Source: Saccharofermentanales bacterium (GTDB lineage Bacteria > Bacillota > Clostridia > Saccharofermentanales > DTU023). From it: 64,000 nt of DNA. The translations under genes and the position numbers were made by a program. Positions 28,220 to 35,327 of the stretch are shown here, piece after piece. The notes beneath the pieces are model-generated. The model saw nothing but the letters and a program-made list of their open reading frames with translations, did no database searches and had not been told where the DNA came from. The stretch spans positions 30,999 to 94,998 of the forward strand of contig JBBAEW010000001.1 in assembly GCA_041655695.1 (NCBI GenBank), read 5' to 3'. Position 1 is the first letter of the stretch. Every line of letters starts with the position of its first letter.

Positions 28220-29350
28220 TTACCAGGGATTGACAGGGGGAGTCATGCAGAGATGAACCAGGACTGCCAGGATGCCAAAAAGAAGCAGGCCGGCCATGCT
28301 GGACAGGAGTTCATGAATCCAGGGTGATTTGCGCAAGGCCTTGCCGCTGACAACGGAGGAAACAAACTGGCCCAGGAGACTTCCCGCCAGGAGCCCCAGA
28401 TAGAAGGCCGGTGACTGGAAGATGGGGGTCAGGTCATCGAAGAGCAGATAGACAAAGCGCCCCAGGCTTACCCCGCCAAAGAGGGCAAAAAGCGGTTGCA
28501 GCAACCTGTGCCAGGTCAGCTGGCCGTTTCGGATACCGGCCCGTTCAGAAGGTCTCCGCCTGAAAAAGAACCAGGACAGAACCAGCCAGAAGACGAGCGG
28601 GATGAGATCCTGTGCCAGGGGTCTTATCCAGATAAAGTCAGTAATAAAACCGGCCGCGGGCGTCAGCAGCCAGAGGAGGCTGGAAGGCGGACTGCCGAGC
28701 CGCCCTGACATGGAGAGGACGTTGAGGATGGAAAAGAACCAGGCCATCTGCAGGCCAAGATTCAGGAGGATGGCATCAAAGAGGGTCCCCGACAGGGTAT
28801 ACCAGACCAGGCTGAAGGCAAGCAGCTGGAAAGCTGCCCCCGCCATACTCAGGTAGAGGCGGAGATAGTCCAGAAAATGGCTGAAGAGATCCCATTGGTA
28901 GAAGATGAGGCCAGTGAAAGCCGCGTTGAGTGTCAGGATCAGGGCCAGGCTGGTCATCAGCGCCAGAAGCCGGCCAAGAAACTGCTGGCCGCTTCTTAAA
29001 GGCAGGCTGACTTCGCTGTCAACAGTCTTCATCTGGAAGAGATAGCGGAATTGGGCCCCGCTCATGAGATAGACAGAAGCCACGGTGATCAGGCTTGTGA
29101 TCAGGTGCAGGGGAAAAAGAACCGGATTGGCGTAAATCTCCCCGTCCATGTAGAGAGAATCCGGCATATATGAGGTCAGATCAAAATAATTCTGCCTGCC
29201 GATAATCAGAAGAACCACGGGCATGGCCAGAAATGTCAGGAAGAGGAAGAATAAAGCAATGGAGCGGGTGCGGGCCAAAGCCTGCCGGAAGACCCAGGCT
29301 GTCCCGGGCATGGCCGCAAGCTCTTTGTGACGGTCACCTTCTTTGGTCAT
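28220..29350 (-). CDS. polytopic membrane protein (putative ABC permease component)
   Basis: 376-aa ORF, paralogous N-terminal region to 26281..28212. 17 nt downstream of the ABC ATPase. Confidence 0.6.
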   Translation of the reverse strand: MTKEGDRHKELAAMPGTAWVFRQALARTRSIALFFLFLTFLAMPVVLLIIGRQNYFDLTSYMPDSLYMDGEIYANPVLFPLHLITSLITVASVYLMSGAQFRYLFQMKTVDSEVSLPLRSGQQFLGRLLALMTSLALILTLNAAFTGLIFYQWDLFSHFLDYLRLYLSMAGAAFQLLAFSLVWYTLSGTLFDAILLNLGLQMAWFFSILNVLSMSGRLGSPPSSLLWLLTPAAGFITDFIWIRPLAQDLIPLVFWLVLSWFFFRRRPSERAGIRNGQLTWHRLLQPLFALFGGVSLGRFVYLLFDDLTPIFQSPAFYLGLLAGSLLGQFVSSVVSGKALRKSPWIHELLSSMAGLLLFGILAVLVHLCMTPPVNPW

Positions 29351-29367
29351 GTCGTCTCCTCCAATCC

Positions 29368-30312
29368 TCAGGCCAGAAGTTCGCTGACCGCGTACTGCCT
29401 GAGGCTCAGTTCATAAATGAAGACTTCTTCCAGTGAAAGGGGGAGGACGTCAAAAAGCAGGGGATCCAGAGTCCATATAAGCCTTTTGACTTCTTCTTCC
29501 GTTCCGCGGGCCAGGATCTCGACCAGGGAGCCCCTTTCTTTGTATTGCAGAATATTAAGGCCCAGTTGGGCCAGCTGGGCCTGGCTGACCGGCTGGGCAA
29601 AGGCAGCCTGGATCTTGACAATGCTCAGTCTCAATTTGTCCAGCTCTTCGACGAAAAGGAGGCCGCCCTGGTGCAGCAAGCCCACGTGGTCACAAAAATC
29701 TTCCAGCTCCCGGAGGTTTTGCGAGGCAATCAGGACGGTCATCCCCTGGTCGGCAACCTGCCTGGCCAGGACGCGCTTGAGGTTCTGGCGCATGACCGGA
29801 TCCAAACCATCGAAGGCCTCGTCCATCAAGAGGAGTTTGGGTCCCGCCGCGATGGCCAGGAGAACGGCGGCCTGTCTTTGCAAACCCTTGGACATGCGGT
29901 CCAGCCGATTCTTTTCACCCAGGGGGAAAACCCGGAGCAGTTCCTGGTAAAGAGCCTGATCCCAGTTGAGGTAGAGGGAGCGGAAGAGGCGGGCCATCTT
30001 CTCCAGGGTCTCAAAGGGGAAATAGGGCTGGTCGGCAACAAAAAGGATTTCCTGCTTGGCAGAGGCGTTCTCGAAGACCGCCTTCCCCTTGAAGAGCATC
30101 TGGCCTGCTGTTGGCTTATAGACACCCGCAGCCAGCCTCAGAAAGGTTGATTTGCCCGCCCCGTTCGAACCGATCAGACCGAAGATCGAAGAACCTGAAA
30201 TCCGGCAGGTCACCTGGTCCAGAGCTTTGACCGTTCCGAATTCCTTGCTCAGCTCCAGGGCCGACAGGACGGACTCCTCACCGTTTACCATTGAATTTGA
30301 TTGGGTTTCCAT
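29368..30312 (-). CDS. ABC transporter ATP-binding protein
   Basis: ORF with Walker A GSNGAGKST, signature MSKGLQRQ and Walker B LLLMDEAFDGLD. Confidence 0.9.
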   Translation of the reverse strand: METQSNSMVNGEESVLSALELSKEFGTVKALDQVTCRISGSSIFGLIGSNGAGKSTFLRLAAGVYKPTAGQMLFKGKAVFENASAKQEILFVADQPYFPFETLEKMARLFRSLYLNWDQALYQELLRVFPLGEKNRLDRMSKGLQRQAAVLLAIAAGPKLLLMDEAFDGLDPVMRQNLKRVLARQVADQGMTVLIASQNLRELEDFCDHVGLLHQGGLLFVEELDKLRLSIVKIQAAFAQPVSQAQLAQLGLNILQYKERGSLVEILARGTEEEVKRLIWTLDPLLFDVLPLSLEEVFIYELSLRQYAVSELLA

Positions 30313-30329
30313 GGCTCTTTCACCTTTCC

Positions 30330-30716
30330 TTACTCAGATGATTCGCGCTGCTCTTCCAGGCAGCTGTCCAGGATTTGATGGAGGGTTTCAGGTGCCAGGC
30401 CCGCTACCCAGGCAACCTGGGCGGCATGGCGGAAAGAGCGCCGGATCTCTTCTTTCTCCAGGGTCTGGTCCTGTTTTTGGCCGGACAGAAAATTGCCCCT
30501 GCCGGGCACTGCGTAAATCAGGCCTTCCTGTTCCATTTCCCGATAGGCCTTCTGAACTGTATTGGGATTGATGCCAAGTTCCGCCGCCATCTGCCGGACC
30601 GAGGGCAGCTGCTGATCAGGATCCATCAGGCCCAGGGCGGCCATCCGCTGGAAGGAACGCTTGAGCTGCTGGTAGAGCGGTACACCGCTTTGGTAATTGA
30701 TCTCCGGATAGACCAT
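30330..30716 (-). CDS. GntR-family (YtrA-like) transcriptional regulator
   Basis: 128-aa ORF with a winged HTH (LPSVRQMAAELGINPNTVQKAYREMEQEGLIY). First gene of the ABC module. Confidence 0.88.
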   Translation of the reverse strand: MVYPEINYQSGVPLYQQLKRSFQRMAALGLMDPDQQLPSVRQMAAELGINPNTVQKAYREMEQEGLIYAVPGRGNFLSGQKQDQTLEKEEIRRSFRHAAQVAWVAGLAPETLHQILDSCLEEQRESSE

Positions 30717-30744
30717 GCCGCCTTCCTCCCTCAGTGTTATAACT

Positions 30745-30763
30745 GTACTATCTCATATAGTAC
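30745..30763. promoter_or_regulatory. perfect inverted repeat GTACTAT-N5-ATAGTAC (candidate GntR operator)
   Basis: 7-bp arms located just downstream of the predicted -10 of the GntR gene promoter. Confidence 0.5.
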
Positions 30764-30767
30764 GGAC

Positions 30768-30796
30768 AGAATACACGGATTCAAGGCGTCTGTCAA
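30768..30796 (-). promoter_or_regulatory. sigma-70-type promoter of the GntR-ABC operon
   Basis: The minus strand reads TTGACA-17 nt-TATTCT, about 50 nt upstream of ATG 30716. Confidence 0.6.
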
Positions 30797-30813
30797 CGGC
30801 TGCAGGAGGGCAG

Positions 30814-30839
30814 AAAAAAGGGGGCTGCCAAGAGCCCCC
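30814..30839 (-). terminator. rho-independent terminator after pntB
   Basis: Minus strand GGGGGCT-CTTGGC-AGCCCCC followed by T6, about 22 nt after the pntB stop. Confidence 0.75.
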
Positions 30840-30861
30840 TTGATCTTGTAATCGATTCAGG

Positions 30862-33480
30862 TTAACACTTGCGGTAGGCCCGGATCAGGGCGTTGAGTGT
30901 TTCCTTGGCGTCCCCCAGAAGGAGAGCGATCTGGTCCCGGTAATCCGACTCGTAGAGCGGATTGTCTACGCCGGCGTAACCGGGCTGCCTGTCATAGTTG
31001 CAGATAATGACGTGCCTGGCTTCTTCCACATCCAGAATGGGCATGCCGTAGATGGGGGTTCCTTCCGCTGTGTTGGCGGCAGGATTGACCACGTCGTTGG
31101 CTCCGATAATGAGCGCCACGTCGGCTTCCTTGAAGGCAGGGTTGATGTCCTGCATTTCATGAAGCTTGTCGTAGGGCACATCAACTTCCGCCAGAAGGAC
31201 GTTCATGTGGCCGGGCATTCTGCCCGCAACCGGGTGGATGGCGAATTGGACATCCTTGCCTTCTGCCTCCAGTTCAGCCATCAGCTGCTTGACCAGTGAC
31301 TGGGCCTGTGAGATGGCCATGCCGTAGCCCGGTACGATGATGACCCGCTTGGAGTCCCGCAGCCATTGACCTGCCGCGTCTTCGGGCAGAGCCTTCCCAT
31401 CTTCCGTTTGCGCCGGAACCCGGCAGACCCGGTAAGCCTGCATGATGGCGTTCAAGGAGTCCTTGGCGTCGCCGAACATGAGGGCGATATGATCCTGGCG
31501 CCCCGGTTCGTAGAGGGGGTTGTCCACGCCCGCGTAGCCGGGCAGGCTGTCAAAGTTACACATGATGACGTGCCGGGCCTCTTCCACATCCAGGATGGGC
31601 ATGCCGTAAATAGGCGTCCCCTGGGCGGTATTGGCGGCCGGGTTGACCACATCGTTGGCGCCGATGACGATGACCACATCGGTCTCTTTAAAGGCGGGGT
31701 TGATGGCGTCCATCTCGCAGAGTTTATCGTAGGGAATATCGACCTCAGCCAGGAGGACGTTCATGTGGCCCGGCATTCTGCCCGCCACAGGGTGGATGGC
31801 GAAGCGGACATCCTTGCCTTCCTGCTCCAGTTCAGCCGTCAAATGCTTGACGGTTGCCTGGGCCTGGGAAAGCGCCATGCCGTAGCCGGGGACGATGATG
31901 ATCCGCTCGGCATCACGCAGCCAGTTGCCGCATTGGAGTTCGGTCGAAAGAGCCTGGCCTTCGGGCTGAGCCTGGCCGTCTCCGGCCTCGGCCGCCCGGT
32001 AGGATTTCATGATGGCATTGAGTGTTTCCTTGGCATCGCCCAGCATGAGGGCGATATGGTCTTCACGGCCTGCGTCATAGAGGGGATTGTCCACTCCGGC
32101 GTACCCGGGCATCCGGTCGAAGTTACACAGGATAACCTTCCGGGCCTCCTCGACATCCAGGATGGGCATACCGTAGATGGGAGTTCCCTCCGCTGTGTTG
32201 GCAGCGGGGTTAATGACGTCGTTGGCGCCGATGACAAGGGCCACATCCGTATCCTTGAATTCATCATTGATGTCCTGCATCTCGTAGAGCTTGTCGTAGG
32301 GAACATCAACTTCAGCCAGGAGAACATTCATGTGACCCGGCATTCTGCCGGCGACCGGGTGGATGGCGAACTTGACTTCCTTGCCCTGGGCTTCCAGTTC
32401 AGTCATCAGCTGCTTGACCAGGGACTGAGCCTGGGAAATAGCCATGCCATAGCCAGGCACGATGATAACGCGTTCCGCGTCACGCAGCCAGCAGCCGCAG
32501 GCTTCATCCGCAGACAGGGCTTCCCTGGCGCACTCCGCTTCCTTGGCAGGAGCGTCTTTCTTGGAGGCAGCCGGTTTGCTTGGTGTTGAGGTTTTGCCCA
32601 GCAGGATTTCAAAGAGCTTGCGGTTCATGGCCCGGCACATGATTTGTGTCAGCAGCAGGCCGGAGGCTCCGACAACACCGCCAATGGCGACCAGGAGCGG
32701 GTCATTGATGGCCATACCAGCGATGGAGCCGGCAACACCCGACAGGGAGTTGAGCAGTGAAATGGTGATGGGCATATCCGCCCCGCCAACGCGGATGGCA
32801 AAGATAACGCCGAAGGCTCCCGACAAAAGAGCAGAAAGGACGATGAGCACAGCCTTGAAGACCAAAGCCTCCTGGGTGGCCGGCAGGGCCAGCAAGGCGA
32901 CTGTGATCAGTGAGCCGATAAGGGTCAGGGCAGTCCAGACCGGATGGCCCTTGAGGACGATGGGGCGCTGGGGCATGACACCCTGCAGTTTGCCGGCCGC
33001 CACCAGGCTGCCGGTCAGGGTAAGGGACCCCACAAAGATGGCCAGTCCGGCTGTAACCAGGGAGAAAATAGTCTCCGTGGGGCCGGCCGCGATCAGGGTC
33101 AGGATTCCCGCCAGCATGGAGGCACCGCCGCCCAGTCCGTTGAGCAGGCCCACCATCTGCGGCATCTGGATCATCTTGACCTTCATGGCTATGAAGAGAC
33201 CCAGGAGCAGGCCGACCAGCATGGCGATCCAGAGTTCAACAAAGGTGAAGATATCGAAATACCACAAGGTCAGGACAATGGCCAGCAGCATGCTGACCGC
33301 GCCCAGGGCGTTCCCGGCCACTGACCGCTCAACGCGGCTCATCATGGCGATACCGGCCAGGACGGCAACGGTCAGGATACCTGCGGCTATGTAATAGATG
33401 ATCATGTGGGTGGAGGAACCCGCTTCTGCGGGCATGGCCGCTGCTATCAGGGGAAGGCGGGCAAGAAGAGTCGCGATCAT
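30862..33480 (-). CDS. pntB: NAD(P) transhydrogenase subunit beta with triplicated C-terminal NADP(H)-binding dIII domain
   Basis: 872-aa ORF. Residues 1-290 match the PntB membrane domain (VGGADMPITISLLNS, LTQIMCRAMNR). The dIII block (GYGMA, HPVAGRMPGHMNVLLAE, GANDV-NPAA, GYAGVDNPLY, GDAK) then occurs three times in tandem. Confidence 0.9.
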   Translation of the reverse strand: MIATLLARLPLIAAAMPAEAGSSTHMIIYYIAAGILTVAVLAGIAMMSRVERSVAGNALGAVSMLLAIVLTLWYFDIFTFVELWIAMLVGLLLGLFIAMKVKMIQMPQMVGLLNGLGGGASMLAGILTLIAAGPTETIFSLVTAGLAIFVGSLTLTGSLVAAGKLQGVMPQRPIVLKGHPVWTALTLIGSLITVALLALPATQEALVFKAVLIVLSALLSGAFGVIFAIRVGGADMPITISLLNSLSGVAGSIAGMAINDPLLVAIGGVVGASGLLLTQIMCRAMNRKLFEILLGKTSTPSKPAASKKDAPAKEAECAREALSADEACGCWLRDAERVIIVPGYGMAISQAQSLVKQLMTELEAQGKEVKFAIHPVAGRMPGHMNVLLAEVDVPYDKLYEMQDINDEFKDTDVALVIGANDVINPAANTAEGTPIYGMPILDVEEARKVILCNFDRMPGYAGVDNPLYDAGREDHIALMLGDAKETLNAIMKSYRAAEAGDGQAQPEGQALSTELQCGNWLRDAERIIIVPGYGMALSQAQATVKHLTAELEQEGKDVRFAIHPVAGRMPGHMNVLLAEVDIPYDKLCEMDAINPAFKETDVVIVIGANDVVNPAANTAQGTPIYGMPILDVEEARHVIMCNFDSLPGYAGVDNPLYEPGRQDHIALMFGDAKDSLNAIMQAYRVCRVPAQTEDGKALPEDAAGQWLRDSKRVIIVPGYGMAISQAQSLVKQLMAELEAEGKDVQFAIHPVAGRMPGHMNVLLAEVDVPYDKLHEMQDINPAFKEADVALIIGANDVVNPAANTAEGTPIYGMPILDVEEARHVIICNYDRQPGYAGVDNPLYESDYRDQIALLLGDAKETLNALIRAYRKC
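30865..32508 (-). repeat. three tandem in-frame coding repeats (dIII-1 31990..32508, dIII-2 31423..31953, dIII-3 30865..31389)
   Basis: The equivalent point GTTCATGTGG/ATTCATGTGA recurs at 31201, 31759 and 32326, giving periods of 558 and 567 nt. By manual alignment over 165 aa the copies are about 79-83% identical in protein. Confidence 0.9.
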
Positions 33481-33785
33481 GACTGTTTCCCCCCTTCCTT
33501 GGATTTGCTGCTGTGGAACATGCGGAGCATGCGATCCGTTACCCCAAAGCCGCCGACGACGTTAATCATGGCCAGCACGATGGCAATGAAGCCCATAATT
33601 TTGCTGCCCCAATGGGCGGCTGCGGCGGTCGCTGAAAGGCAGCCCAGGACCGTGACACCGGAAAAAGCGTTCATGCCCGACATCAGCGGCGTATGCAGCA
33701 AACTGGGTACACGGTTGATAATCTTATAACCGACCAGGGTTGCCACAACAAAGACAGCGATCAGAATCCCCTGTGTTGTTGTCAT
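33477..33785 (-). CDS. pntAB: NAD(P) transhydrogenase subunit alpha part 2 (membrane)
   Basis: ORF 33477..33875 trimmed to ATG 33785 (MTTTQGIL) behind AAGGAG. Has LHTPLMSGMNAFSG and NVVGGFGVTDRML motifs and an ATGA overlap with pntB. Confidence 0.85.
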   Translation of the reverse strand: MTTTQGILIAVFVVATLVGYKIINRVPSLLHTPLMSGMNAFSGVTVLGCLSATAAAAHWGSKIMGFIAIVLAMINVVGGFGVTDRMLRMFHSSKSKEGGKQS

Positions 33786-33828
33786 AGAAAACTCCTTGCA
33801 ATTTTGACGTTCATATTTCTCCCCACAG

Positions 33829-33856
33829 AAAAAGGCCGCACCCCGAAGGGTGCGGC
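33829..33856 (-). terminator. strong intrinsic terminator inside the pnt operon (between pntAA and pntAB)
   Basis: Minus strand GCCGCACCC-TTCG-GGGTGCGGC (9-bp GC-rich stem, UUCG tetraloop) followed by C then T5. Lies 16 nt after the pntAA stop. Confidence 0.75.
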
Positions 33857-33871
33857 TTCCTGTGGCGACTA

Positions 33872-35038
33872 TCAATGACCAAGTGCGGCGAAAGCCTCCA
33901 GCGCCCCCTGATGGACGACTTTCCCCTGGTGGGTGGTCAGGGCGCTCTGGACGATTTCATCATCCATATCCAGATGGATGCTGCCGTCTTTAACCAGATA
34001 CTTGAGCAGATTGTAAACGTTCTGGGCGAACATCCAGGTCGAGCTGGTGGGCAGCAGGCCCGGGATATTCTTGATACCGATCAGGGTCACGCTGTGCTTG
34101 ACCTCGATGGTGCCGGGCGGGGTGATCTCGCAGTTGCCGCCCTGGTCGATGGAGATATCGACGATAGCGGAACCCGGCTTCATGGTCTTGACCATTTCCT
34201 CTGTCAGCAGGTTGGGAGCAAGCTTGCCGGGGACCAGAGCCGCCAGGAAAATAATATCCATATCCTTGACGTGCTCGGCCAGAAGGCGGCGCTCCTCTTC
34301 CAGGCGTTTCTCGGACAGGGCCAGGGCGTAGCCTCCCTCACCGATGGCCTCCTGGGCAGGAACCTTGAGATCAATGATCTTGGCGCCAAGTGACATGGCC
34401 TGTTCAGCAGCATCGGGCCGGATATCCGCAGCGTAGACCACGGCGCCCAGACGCTTGGCTGTCGCGATTGCCTGCAGTCCGCCGACGCCGGCGCCGATGA
34501 CCAGGACGTTGATGGGCTTGATCATGCCGACAGCGGTGAAGATCTGCGGGACGAAGTTGGGCAGTTCATTGGCAGCGATCAGCATGCCCTTATAGCCGGC
34601 GCAGGTGCTCATGGAGGTCAGGGCGTCCATGACCTGGGCGCGGGTGATCCGGGGGATCCCGTCCAGCGTGATGCTGGTCACGCCCTGGGCGGCCATGTGC
34701 TTGACCATGTCATGATTGACCGGAGCCGCGGGGTGGATGAAGGTGATCAGGGTCTGTCCCTCATGCATCATGTCAACTTCGTGTTTGCCCTGCTCTTTGT
34801 TAAAGAGGGGCTCCTTGACTTTCAGGATAACGTCAGCGCGTTCAAAGAGCTTGCTGACATCTTCGACAATTTCAGCTCCGGCAGCCGCGTATTCCGGATC
34901 GTGGTAGAAAGCCCCCTCACCGGCATTCTTCTCGACCAGGACGGTCAAGCCGTCACCTACCATCTTTGCGACTGTTTCAGGCGAGGCGGCAACGCGACGC
35001 TCCCCCGGCATGATTTCCTTTGGGACACCGATAATCAT
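33872..35038 (-). CDS. pntAA: NAD(P) transhydrogenase subunit alpha part 1 (dI, NAD(H)-binding)
   Basis: 388-aa ORF with an alanine-dehydrogenase-like fold (IGVPKEIMPGERRVA, VLVIGAGVGGLQAIATAKRLGA). Confidence 0.92.
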   Translation of the reverse strand: MIIGVPKEIMPGERRVAASPETVAKMVGDGLTVLVEKNAGEGAFYHDPEYAAAGAEIVEDVSKLFERADVILKVKEPLFNKEQGKHEVDMMHEGQTLITFIHPAAPVNHDMVKHMAAQGVTSITLDGIPRITRAQVMDALTSMSTCAGYKGMLIAANELPNFVPQIFTAVGMIKPINVLVIGAGVGGLQAIATAKRLGAVVYAADIRPDAAEQAMSLGAKIIDLKVPAQEAIGEGGYALALSEKRLEEERRLLAEHVKDMDIIFLAALVPGKLAPNLLTEEMVKTMKPGSAIVDISIDQGGNCEITPPGTIEVKHSVTLIGIKNIPGLLPTSSTWMFAQNVYNLLKYLVKDGSIHLDMDDEIVQSALTTHQGKVVHQGALEAFAALGH

Positions 35039-35066
35039 TTCTGCACCTCCAATAATGCGTTAAGGG

Positions 35067-35096
35067 TATTAACTGCCTGTATGGTATCAGTTAATA
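35067..35096. promoter_or_regulatory. inverted repeat TATTAACTG-N12-CAGTTAATA upstream of pntAA
   Basis: Perfect 9-bp arms, 29 nt upstream of the pntAA start codon in the divergent spacer. Confidence 0.3.
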
Positions 35097-35327
35097 GGGT
35101 AAGTGACAATGGAGTTGTAAAGAACTTACAGAGGCGGACAGACCGGTCAATTTCCGGATACGTGGTATCATTTTTCATAGGTTCGAAAGACGCGGCAAGC
35201 GGCTGTAGCCGGCGCAGGCCGGGAGGGTATCAAAGTGGTTGCGATTTATCCTGAAACACTTATAGACGAGTGGCTGGCTGACTCGGGAGAGTGGTTCCTT
35301 GACCCGGAGAAGGAAGCCGCGGGGCGG

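Noticed and set aside
30865-32508. Possibility that the triple dIII repeat is an assembly or collapse/expansion artefact.
   Set aside because: The copies differ at about 17-21% of amino-acid positions and at many synonymous sites. The linkers are unique and the frame is intact throughout. Misassembly of identical repeats would not produce this. Physical confirmation is still advisable.
31366-32589. 407-aa plus-strand ORF with an internally repeated pattern (HVARHSARHRVDGE, HVTRHSAGDRVDGE).
   Set aside because: The repeats merely mirror the three dIII copies of pntB on the opposite strand, so this is not an independent gene.
35067-35096. Rex (redox repressor) operator upstream of pntAA.
   Set aside because: The half-site orientation and 12-nt spacing do not fit the TTGTTAA-N4-TTAACAA type consensus.
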